From: Acidobacteriota bacterium | GTDB taxonomy: Bacteria > Acidobacteriota > Blastocatellia > Chloracidobacteriales > JADJPF01 | DNA: 46,942 nucleotides | Reading direction: 5' to 3' | Assembly: GCA_016213785.1 (NCBI GenBank) | Contig: JACQZQ010000002.1 | Location: forward strand, 1 to 46,942 | Shown here: positions 39,302-46,942 of the stretch, piece by piece | Numbering within the stretch: the stretch's first letter is position 1 | How the letters are laid out: every line of letters starts with the position of its first letter | The notes under the pieces: model-generated | Told to the model about the DNA's origin: nothing | Databases searched by the model: none | Seen by the model: only the letters and a program-made list of their open reading frames with translations | Program-made: the position numbers and the translations under genes

Positions 39302-41470
39302 TTAAGGATTTTCTATTGTTATTTTCTCGATTAAGTCGCCTCGAACAATTTTATCCACAATTTCAATACCAGCAATTACTTGACCAAAAACTGTATAGCC
39401 TCCATCTAAATGTGGTTGAGGAGAATGACAGATAAAAAACTGGCTTCCACCAGTGTCTTTTCCTGAAAGTGCCATACCTACTGTACCCCGCAAGTAAGGC
39501 TTCATATTGATTTCGCACCTTATTTGATGCCCTGGGCCACCATTTCCATCACCACGAGGATCACCACCTTGAATAACAAAACTAGGCACAACTCTATGAA
39601 AAGAAAGATTATTAAAATAACCTTTTTTAGCTAAATTAATAAAATTGGCTACTGTTAATGGGGCATCTTGGTGAAATAATTCTATTCTAATTCTACCTTT
39701 TGATGTAATTATTTCTGCAATAGGCGCTTTATCTCGGTTAGTACTAGTAGAAATATCTTCATAAAACTTTCTATTACGATCTGTTGCTACTGCTCCTATT
39801 TTATTTTCAAAGTTTCCTACTTCAAGCATTTTTAGTAAATCTACTGCCTGGCGGCGAACTAAGTGATCAGGATCTTTAAGTGCAGAGGTTAAAATAGTAT
39901 TAGCTTTTGTTCCAAACTTAGCAAGCGCCATTAAAATAGCTAGCTTAGCATCATTCATTGTATCTTTGCTGCTTTGTTCATAAGCAGTAGTTAAAACCTT
40001 AAAATCATCATCTGATTTAGTCCCGTCCATTAATAATTCTGCTACAGTAGCGCGAATAATCACATCCTCAGACTTTATTTGTTCTTTTAGTATATTACTA
40101 ATATTGGGGTAATTGACTTTACTCATTGCTCTAAGTACTTCTGGGACTGCACGAGGATCAAGTGTCCCTATAGCTTTACCTGTAAATATTTCATCTAAAA
40201 GTTTTAATGCGCGTTCACCTCCAACTTCACCTAACCCACTTGCAAAGTTTGCTGCTGCTTGCCAATTACCAGATTTAAGACCTGTTTTTGAGTCATAATC
40301 AAAAAATGCATCTGCTCCAAAACGAGCAATTGCTGTTTCTGTCTCAATATTACTTCCTATTGTTGCATTTGGGACTAGCCGCAGTGACTTTATTAGCGAA
40401 AGTGCTGAAGGGTCTTTTATTTGCCCTAAAGCAGTGGAGAGTAAGTAAAGTAAATTAAGCTCATAATTAAGAGGGTCTTTGCTTTTACGATATTCTGAAA
40501 GCAATCGCTCACCCAGTTCTAATAAAGGTTTTGTAGCTTTTTTGTCTTCTAGTGCGCCTAAGGCACGAATAGCATTTGCTTGTACTTGCTGGTCGCTATC
40601 ATTCAGTAATTTTAATAAAGAGTCTAAAACTATTGGGTTTTTAGTTGCACCTAGTGCGGTTGCAATAGCTGCTCTTACTAGTGGATCTTGGTCTTTAGCC
40701 CCAGTTAAAGCTAAATCAATAACAGTTTTAGTCGCTTTACCAGGATTAGCTCTTAATATACGGGCTAAACTATTAGCTGCAACAAATCTTATTTGTAAGT
40801 TAGGCGAGGTTAGTTGCAGAGCTATGGGTTCAATAGCATTTAGAGCACGAACACGCATAAGTGCGGTAAGTGTGTTAGCTACTAGAGCCTCTTGGTTAGA
40901 TTTTAATTCTGATGTTGGCTTAGGCAATATACTAGTAAGCACATTAATAATACGCTCATTTGTTTCATCACCAAGTTGTTTAGCATTTTCACTATTACCA
41001 GCTATTTTTCCTAGTGCTTCTGCTGAGCGAGTGCGGACTTCTGTTACTTCTCCACTGCTTATTAAAGCAGAAATTAAAGCCCTTACACCTTTAACATCTT
41101 CTATTTCACCTAAAGCAAAAGCCGCCATTTCTCTTACTTTAGGATTTCCATCATCTAGTAGGACTTGGCTTAGTGTTCCTACCATAGAGCGTTCACCTAT
41201 TCGCCCAAGTGTTAGTGCTGCTTGCTTTCTTACGCCAGCATGCGAACTAGTAAGATATTGTATAAAATCACTACTAATACCTCGCTCATCTTCCATCTGT
41301 CTTAGGCGAATATAAATTTGTTGAGCAGAGCGGTCTTTTTGAAGTGTAGGAACTTGATTACCACGCTTTAAGTCTTTAAGGTCTTTAAGGTCAATAGGAG
41401 CAGCTTGTGAAAAGGTAATAGAGTAAAAAGTAAAGATTAAAATGATAGAAAAGAGAAATTTTTGTCGCAT
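39302..41470 (-). CDS. secreted HEAT/PBS-lyase-repeat protein with C-terminal cyclophilin-type peptidyl-prolyl cis-trans isomerase domain
   Basis: Signal peptide '[23 protein letters not shown]', then repeated 'VRxxAAxALGxIG' HEAT-like units. The C-terminus '[15 protein letters not shown]...[25 protein letters not shown]' is a canonical cyclophilin core. Confidence 0.8.
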   Translation of the reverse strand: MRQKFLFSIILIFTFYSITFSQAAPIDLKDLKDLKRGNQVPTLQKDRSAQQIYIRLRQMEDERGISSDFIQYLTSSHAGVRKQAALTLGRIGERSMVGTLSQVLLDDGNPKVREMAAFALGEIEDVKGVRALISALISSGEVTEVRTRSAEALGKIAGNSENAKQLGDETNERIINVLTSILPKPTSELKSNQEALVANTLTALMRVRALNAIEPIALQLTSPNLQIRFVAANSLARILRANPGKATKTVIDLALTGAKDQDPLVRAAIATALGATKNPIVLDSLLKLLNDSDQQVQANAIRALGALEDKKATKPLLELGERLLSEYRKSKDPLNYELNLLYLLSTALGQIKDPSALSLIKSLRLVPNATIGSNIETETAIARFGADAFFDYDSKTGLKSGNWQAAANFASGLGEVGGERALKLLDEIFTGKAIGTLDPRAVPEVLRAMSKVNYPNISNILKEQIKSEDVIIRATVAELLMDGTKSDDDFKVLTTAYEQSSKDTMNDAKLAILMALAKFGTKANTILTSALKDPDHLVRRQAVDLLKMLEVGNFENKIGAVATDRNRKFYEDISTSTNRDKAPIAEIITSKGRIRIELFHQDAPLTVANFINLAKKGYFNNLSFHRVVPSFVIQGGDPRGDGNGGPGHQIRCEINMKPYLRGTVGMALSGKDTGGSQFFICHSPQPHLDGGYTVFGQVIAGIEIVDKIVRGDLIEKITIENP

Positions 41471-41609
41471 AGTTTTAAGAATATTGTCAAAGTTAAAATA
41501 TTAAATGCTGACTCACACAAGGTGACATCACTAATAAAGTTTAGTAGGATGATAACCTTTAGAACCAATATTTATCAACCTTAAGTAAGAACAAGCTAGG
41601 AGAGAATTT

Positions 41610-43070
41610 GTGGATATTGTTGGATTAACAATAGAAAAATTACATAAAGCAATAAAAAATAAAGAAACTACAGTTACAGAAGTTTGTCAGGCTACATTTG
41701 AACGTATTGAAAAACTAAACCCAAAACTAAATGCCTTTCTTAATATCAATAAAGAAAAGTCTTTAGAACGAGCTAAAACTTTAGATGCAAAGCTAAAGAA
41801 TACCTTAGATTTACCTCCGCTTTTTGGTGTTACTGTAGCAATAAAAGATAATATGTGTACGGAAGGAATAACTACTACATGTGGTTCTAAAATTTTAGAA
41901 AATTTTGTTCCTCCTTATTCTGCAACAGCAGTTTTAAGGCTTGAAGAAGCAGGAGCTATTATAGTAGGTAAAACTAATTGTGATGAATTTGCAATGGGAT
42001 CGTCAAATGAAAACTCTGCTTATGGCGTAGTACATAACCCTTGGGATTTAACAAGGGTTCCAGGTGGATCTAGTGGAGGTTCAGCCGCAGCAGTTACCGC
42101 AGACCTTTCTATTGTAGCCTTAGGGTCTGATACTGGAGGTTCTGTTCGTGAGCCTGCTTCTTTTTGTGGCATTTTTGGCTTAAAGCCCACTTATGGTAGA
42201 GTCTCACGCTATGGACTAGTAGCTTTTGGGTCTTCTTTAGATCAAATAGGGCAGTTTGGTAAAACTACTTTAGATGTTGCTAAAGTTCTAAGTGTGGTTG
42301 CTGGTCGTGATCCAAATGATGCTACTTCTTCAAATTGTGAAGTCCCAGACTATTTAGCTGCTCTAAAGAGTCTAGATATTAAAGGTTTACGCGTTGGAAT
42401 ACCAAAAGAAGCTTTTGGAGCAGGATTAAATCCAGAAGTAAAAGATAATGTAGAAAAAGCAATTAAAAATTTAGAAACATTAGGAGCAACTACTGTAGAT
42501 GTAACCTTAGCACATTCTGAGTATGCTATTGCTGATTATTATATTATTGCTACTGCCGAAGCTAGTGCTAACTTAGCCCGTTTTGATGGGGTAAGATATG
42601 GATTTCGTTCTGAGAATGTAAAAAATCTTTCTGATATGTATAAATATACTCGCGATTTAGGTTTTGGTGCTGAAGTAAAACGGCGCATAATGCTTGGTAC
42701 TTATGTTCTTTCTTCAGGTTATTATGATGCTTATTACTTAAAAGCTCAAAAAGTACGTACTTTAATAGAACAAGATTTTCGTAATGCTTTTACAAAGTGC
42801 GATATAATCGCAATGCCTACAGCACCTGTTCCAGCCTTTAAGCTAGGAGAAAAAACCGAAGATCCTTTAGAGATGTATTTGGCTGATATTTATACTGTCA
42901 CATTAAATTTAGCAGGCTTACCAGGTCTTAATGTTCCATGTGGTTTTTCTCAAGGAGGTTTGCCAATAGGCTGCCAACTTGTAGCACCTCATTTTCAAGA
43001 AGCTAAACTTTTACAAGTTGCTAATACCTATGAACAAAATTATCCAAATACAAAACACTTGGAAATCTAA
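41610..43070 (+). CDS. gatA: glutamyl-tRNA(Gln) amidotransferase subunit A
   Basis: Amidase signature '[51 protein letters not shown]' and typical GatA length (486 aa). GTG start. Confidence 0.93.
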   Translation: MDIVGLTIEKLHKAIKNKETTVTEVCQATFERIEKLNPKLNAFLNINKEKSLERAKTLDAKLKNTLDLPPLFGVTVAIKDNMCTEGITTTCGSKILENFVPPYSATAVLRLEEAGAIIVGKTNCDEFAMGSSNENSAYGVVHNPWDLTRVPGGSSGGSAAAVTADLSIVALGSDTGGSVREPASFCGIFGLKPTYGRVSRYGLVAFGSSLDQIGQFGKTTLDVAKVLSVVAGRDPNDATSSNCEVPDYLAALKSLDIKGLRVGIPKEAFGAGLNPEVKDNVEKAIKNLETLGATTVDVTLAHSEYAIADYYIIATAEASANLARFDGVRYGFRSENVKNLSDMYKYTRDLGFGAEVKRRIMLGTYVLSSGYYDAYYLKAQKVRTLIEQDFRNAFTKCDIIAMPTAPVPAFKLGEKTEDPLEMYLADIYTVTLNLAGLPGLNVPCGFSQGGLPIGCQLVAPHFQEAKLLQVANTYEQNYPNTKHLEI

Positions 43071-43124
43071 TGTAATTATCCAGAGATTTTATTTTTGGAT
43101 TAACTAAATTGAGGTTAAATAAAA

Positions 43125-45290
43125 ATGACAATGGATAGAATGACTTTAGCAGAAAAATTAGATTATACACATCGCCGCCTTCTATCAACCATAGATAGTG
43201 AACAAGAAATGGCTGTTTGGAATGAATTCCTTGTCCCTTTAGGTAGAGGAGAGACTTTCCCAGAAATGGTTCGTTATTTTACAACTCGGCTTGAAGATGT
43301 GGTAGCTAAATTGCGCCAAATTACTGCTCAAAATAAACCGCCTGGCTACTTAGCTAGGCTAGAAATGCCTCAATTATGGAATAATTTAGCTTGGACTTTG
43401 ATTGAAAGAAAACTTCCTCAAATAGGGCGAGATTTACTTGTAGCAATGTATGAATTTCAGCTACTACAACAAACCGATATGCGCCGAAGATTTTATAAAG
43501 GCTTTAGTTTACAAAATTTAGGCTGGGCTAATTATTTATTAGGTGATGAAGCTAATGCTCGTAAAGTAGTACGCTTAGCTTTGCTTGAAGAAGTCTTTAA
43601 TACTTTAGAAATGGATTCTAATAATCAGCTTAGGATTGTTTCTTCTAACCCAGCCTATTTAATGCTAAGACAGTCACTAAAATGTAGCACTGTTGAGCTT
43701 AATAACTTTATTTCTTTTGCTCGTGATTTTGCCCGCCGTTATTCAGATAGATGTTTTTATCCAGAGGATTGCTATACTAATTATTTACGTGTTTCAAAAA
43801 CTAGCACTGCTATTTATTCAGCTAGTGAGAATGCCTATATTAATAGTTTTAATTACACTTATTTTTATACATTAATGGATTTATTTCGTAGGGTTAATAC
43901 TGTTGAAGCAATAGAACCTTGTCTATCAGATATCATCTCATATTTATTTAATTCTGTACCAGATTTTGTTATTTGTGAGGAAACTATTTCTCAAAATAAT
44001 TTTAATTTAATTGTTCGTAGTAGTATTACTGATCCAGTAATAACAGAGCTAGGCCATTATTTAGCTGTTGAATGGCGCTATTGGGTTAAAGAAGTACACC
44101 CAGAAGATTTAGTTATACTTGCAAATAAATTAAAAATAGTAGGTATCAGCACAGTGATTTTATTTGTTAGGGATACAGAAACTTCTAGTAATCTATTTGA
44201 CCCAGTTCGCTTAAAAGAAGTAATGCAACGTTTTTATTATCAAGAGAAAATAAACTTTATAGTAATTAAACAGAATGACTTTTTAGAAATTGAAAGAAAA
44301 AATACTAACTTGCTAGCTTTGCTAAAGTTAAGGTTAGAAGCATTAAAATTTGGAAAAATAAATCTTTTAGATAAAGCTTCAGGCTATGAGGTGAGAACAG
44401 ATTTTCCACCTCATATGATAGAAATGAGACCTCAACCTATTGCAGCAATTATAAATGCAGTGGCACCTGCTATGGTTCAAAATCCAGTACAAGCACAAAT
44501 GCCAATGATGAGCCAACATCAAATGATGTCACAAATGCCCCAAGTACAAAATCAAATGATGCCAGCACCACAAATGCCAATGATGCCACAAAATCAAATG
44601 ATGCAAGCCCCGCAAATGCCACCACAAATGCCAATGATGCCACAAAATCAAATGGCTATAATGCCTTTGTCACAAAACCAAATGATGCCGATGCCACCAC
44701 AAAACCAAATGATGCCAGCGCCTCCGCAAATGCCTGGCCCAGCTATGACAATGACTCCTGGTGCAGTTATTCCCCCTGTTCCAAACCAAATGATGCAAGG
44801 TATGCCTATGACACCAGCATTACCTCCTTTTGCTCCTAATCAAGATAGAAACCAAAATCAATCAAAATCACCAAGGCTGGTAATTCGTAACACTGCTAAA
44901 CCTAAAATAACAGAAAGCCCAAATCCTAATGTCTATAAGCCAATGGTTATAAAACCAAGCTTTGAGGCAAAACAAAATTTTGAGGTCAAACCACCAAGTT
45001 TTGAAGTTAAACAAAATTTTGAAGTTAAACCAAGTTTTGAGGTCAAACCAAGCTTTGAAGTCAAACCAAGTTTTGAATCAAAATCAAACTTTGAATCAAA
45101 TAATAGATCTTTTGATGCACAAATATTAAAACCCTGTACTAACTGTCAAAATCAAACATCTTTAAGTTGTAAGACTTGTAATAAAGCCTTTTGTAACGTT
45201 CATATTGATGTTTCTTTATTAAAATGTGAAAGCTGTGCTAATCCAAAATCAGTTGAGGAAAACACTGATATTACAAATAAATTGGAATAG
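43125..45290 (+). CDS. hypothetical protein: ~445 aa unknown N-terminal domain, Q/M/P-rich low-complexity region, 'SFEVKP' hexapeptide repeats, C-terminal Cys-rich zinc-finger-like module
   Basis: 721 aa ORF. The central region contains 'QMPMMPQNQMM...' repeats and 'KPSFEVKPSFEVKPSFE...' repeats. The C-terminus 'CTNCQNQTSLSCKTCNKAFCNVHIDVSLLKCESC' reads CxxC-x7-CxxC-x4-CxxH-x7-CxxC. Confidence 0.6.
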   Translation: MTMDRMTLAEKLDYTHRRLLSTIDSEQEMAVWNEFLVPLGRGETFPEMVRYFTTRLEDVVAKLRQITAQNKPPGYLARLEMPQLWNNLAWTLIERKLPQIGRDLLVAMYEFQLLQQTDMRRRFYKGFSLQNLGWANYLLGDEANARKVVRLALLEEVFNTLEMDSNNQLRIVSSNPAYLMLRQSLKCSTVELNNFISFARDFARRYSDRCFYPEDCYTNYLRVSKTSTAIYSASENAYINSFNYTYFYTLMDLFRRVNTVEAIEPCLSDIISYLFNSVPDFVICEETISQNNFNLIVRSSITDPVITELGHYLAVEWRYWVKEVHPEDLVILANKLKIVGISTVILFVRDTETSSNLFDPVRLKEVMQRFYYQEKINFIVIKQNDFLEIERKNTNLLALLKLRLEALKFGKINLLDKASGYEVRTDFPPHMIEMRPQPIAAIINAVAPAMVQNPVQAQMPMMSQHQMMSQMPQVQNQMMPAPQMPMMPQNQMMQAPQMPPQMPMMPQNQMAIMPLSQNQMMPMPPQNQMMPAPPQMPGPAMTMTPGAVIPPVPNQMMQGMPMTPALPPFAPNQDRNQNQSKSPRLVIRNTAKPKITESPNPNVYKPMVIKPSFEAKQNFEVKPPSFEVKQNFEVKPSFEVKPSFEVKPSFESKSNFESNNRSFDAQILKPCTNCQNQTSLSCKTCNKAFCNVHIDVSLLKCESCANPKSVEENTDITNKLE

Positions 45291-45370
45291 AACAGAGTAC
45301 AAAATTACTTAAAAAGTGTTATAAGTTAGTAAGTGTTTGTTAAAATTATTGCTAGAAAGAGAACTCTATT

Positions 45371-46165
45371 ATGATTAAAGTGATGACTTTTAATATTCGT
45401 TATGGAACGGCTGAAGATAGTATAAATCATTGGGATAATCGTAAACATTTAGTAATAGAAAGAATTAGAGCTTTTGATCCTGACTTACTTGGTTTACAAG
45501 AATGCCGTGATGATGAACAAGCACAATATATAAAAGAAAAACTTTCTGACTATCAATTTATCGGTGTTCGCCGTGCTTTAGAAGGTAATGATAGTGTAGA
45601 AATGTCTCCAATGCTTTATAAAAAATCTCGTTTTACAGAAATGGCAAGTAGCTTTTTTTGGCTTAGTGATAGTCCACACATTCCTGCTAGTGTTTTTCAA
45701 GGTAGCGCTTTTCCAAGAACTGTTACCTGGGCTTCACTACAGCCTCATGAAAATAGAAAACGCATTTTTACTTTTTTTAATACACATTTTGATTATCAAA
45801 GCCCCTCAGTCCAATTAAAATCTGCTCAACTCTTACGCCGACGTATTGAAGCCTTGGGTGCTAGTATGCCTGTGATAGTTACAGGTGATTTTAATGCTAA
45901 TCGAGGAAGCGAACCTTTCCGTCATTTAGCCGATACTGAAAGCCTAAACCCCTTAAGTGATGCTTACTCACAACTTCATCCAAATGATAGGCAAGGTACT
46001 TATCATGAGTATGGTAGTCTTTCAATCCCTACTTCAATAGATTGGGTTTTATTTTCTTCTAAACATTTCTTTACCCGCTTATCAAAAATTGATTTTACTA
46101 CTCAAGGTCGTATTTATCCTTCTGATCACTATCCAATTTGTGTAGAGTTTGACTGGTCTAGCTAA
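45371..46165 (+). CDS. endonuclease/exonuclease/phosphatase (EEP) family protein
   Basis: 264 aa protein. The N-terminus 'VMTFNIRYG' and the C-terminal 'SDHYPICVEF' are typical catalytic ends of EEP-fold enzymes. Confidence 0.7.
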   Translation: MIKVMTFNIRYGTAEDSINHWDNRKHLVIERIRAFDPDLLGLQECRDDEQAQYIKEKLSDYQFIGVRRALEGNDSVEMSPMLYKKSRFTEMASSFFWLSDSPHIPASVFQGSAFPRTVTWASLQPHENRKRIFTFFNTHFDYQSPSVQLKSAQLLRRRIEALGASMPVIVTGDFNANRGSEPFRHLADTESLNPLSDAYSQLHPNDRQGTYHEYGSLSIPTSIDWVLFSSKHFFTRLSKIDFTTQGRIYPSDHYPICVEFDWSS

Positions 46166-46239
46166 ACTTAAATTAAAGCTTAAGGATTAAGCTATTTTTA
46201 TTAAAACTTTTCGAGCCTAAAATTTTAGAGATTATTAAC

Positions 46240-46296
46240 TTAACACTTGAAAAATTTTATTTAGATAATGTTTTTCAAGTGTTAAATTTCTTTTTG
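46240..46296 (+). terminator. long perfect hairpin followed by T-rich tract (candidate terminator after the EEP gene)
   Basis: ttaacacttgaaaaa (46240-46254) and tttttcaagtgttaa (46271-46285) form a 15-bp perfect stem with a 16-nt loop, then 'atttctttttg'. Confidence 0.45.
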
Positions 46297-46377
46297 CTTG
46301 TGGGACTTTGAAAGAGTTGCTCGTGAAGAGCTATTATCCCTCTTATATCAAGGGTGTGGCTCTTTTGGTGGTGTCCC

Positions 46378-46617
46378 TCAGTTGAAGTGATGAGAAGTAT
46401 CAAATTCAGGAAACAAATGTTGAATTGTACTCAAAGTATCTAAAAAGGTTGCAAGCACACGATAGCCAAGCAATTCAGAAGTTGTCCAAATATGATCGGT
46501 CATGCCAGCAGCCATAGCAGGAGTAAATTGTTTCCACTTTTGAGGGCTACCATTACCTCTAGTCGGTTTTAATTCGGACAGTTTTTGGGGGCTGTCAAAC
46601 AGTTTGTGTAAATAAAA
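46378..46617 (-). pseudogene. C-terminal remnant of an IS1/IS1595-superfamily-like transposase
   Basis: The minus-strand translation '...PTRGNGSPQKWKQFTPAMAAGMTDHIWTTSELLGYRVL...' carries the 'TPAMAAG(L/M)TDH(V/I)W...EEL' tail that I recall from IS1/IS1595-type DDE transposases. Only ~80 codons remain between stops and there is no upstream catalytic domain. Confidence 0.4.
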
Positions 46618-46792
46618 TTAAAAAGGCAAAGGAACACGGTTATCAAAGAAAATAGTAAATTGGTTAATGGTGTCAGACCAGCTACGTATAGGCATAGTCC
46701 ACTTCTTAGAAATACAGCAATATGAGTAGGAAAAGAATACAAAATATAATAATATAAATGAATAAGGAAATACTAAGTAAAATAGAGGGAAA

Positions 46793-46942
46793 ATGTATTC
46801 AAGAGGGAAAATGTATTCAATAGACATAAGAGAAAAGATAATAGAGGTATATTTAGAGGGGGAAGAAAGCTTAAGAAGTGTAGCAGAGAGATTCAAAGTA
46901 AGCTTTTCATTTGTATACAGAATATGGACAAAATATAAGGAA
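46793..46942 (+). mobile_element. IS630/Tc1-mariner-family transposase, N-terminal HTH region (3'-partial at window end)
   Basis: Translation 'M(YSRGK)MYSIDIREKIIEVYLEGEESLRSVAERFKVSFSFVYRIWTKYKE' matches the conserved N-terminal HTH of IS630-family transposases (DxRxKv...Y..G.s......F.VS...V..W). An 18-bp tandem duplication (gagggaaaatgtattcaa x2, 46784-46819) spans the start region. Confidence 0.55.

Noticed and set aside
40113-40298. 61-aa plus-strand ORF
   Set aside because: Antisense inside the HEAT-cyclophilin gene.
40479-41315. 278-aa plus-strand ORF (S/A/L-rich)
   Set aside because: It lies entirely antisense to the HEAT-cyclophilin gene, which has clear domain homology. The composition is the low-complexity mirror of Ala/Leu-rich HEAT codons.
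43693-43875. 60-aa plus-strand ORF
   Set aside because: Alternative frame inside the 721-aa gene, with an Ile/Leu-rich artefactual translation.
46618-46896. 92-aa minus-strand ORF
   Set aside because: It overlaps the IS630-like transposase start on the opposite strand, and its repetitive 'EYIFPL' translation derives from the 18-bp tandem duplication.
1-46942. Searched by eye for tRNA/tRNA-Sec T-loop (GGTTCGANTCC-like) signatures, rRNA and CRISPR repeat arrays
   Set aside because: None found. Intergenic regions lack cloverleaf-compatible conserved boxes and there are no regularly spaced direct repeats.

Overview
This is a ~47 kb chromosomal window from an AT-rich bacterium (GC looks high-30s % by eye) with dense, mostly operonic coding. 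The centrepiece is an ~11.9 kb, eight-gene, same-strand respiratory cluster (8434..20308). It encodes a GltD-like FAD/NAD(P)-binding iron-sulfur flavoprotein, a Tat-dependent Rieske protein, a cytochrome b and a heptaheme c-type cytochrome. These are followed directly by a Tat-exported NXR/NarG-like molybdopterin oxidoreductase alpha subunit (1156 aa), its 4-cluster FeS beta subunit, a signal-peptide gamma subunit and a TorD/NarJ-like chaperone. This reads as a periplasmic nitrite/nitrate-oxidoreductase-like module encoded together with a Rieske/cyt b complex that carries its own NAD(P)-linked subunit. From memory that architecture resembles anammox (Brocadiales) Rieske/cyt b complexes, which suggests Planctomycetota only tentatively. 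The second notable locus is a selenophosphate synthetase gene (selD) that is itself a selenoprotein. The ORF track shows only a truncated version; extending it reveals an in-frame TGA (Sec) codon in the conserved N-terminal 'C-G-G-U' motif with a hairpin immediately downstream. A family-1-type glycosyltransferase sits 36 nt upstream on the same strand, the same pairing as the SenB/SenC selenosugar module. Other content includes dnaE, gatA, a sigma54-dependent response regulator and a NarX/NarL-type two-component pair. There are also a Ser/Thr kinase-STAND-TPR giant protein, a signal-peptide archaemetzincin, a flotillin-like SPFH protein, a HEAT-cyclophilin fusion and a Q/M/P-rich protein with 'SFEVKP' repeats and a C-terminal zinc finger. 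IS remnants (an IS630-like transposase N-terminus and an IS1/IS1595-like C-terminal fragment) lie at the 3' edge. No rRNA, tRNA or CRISPR array was recognised.
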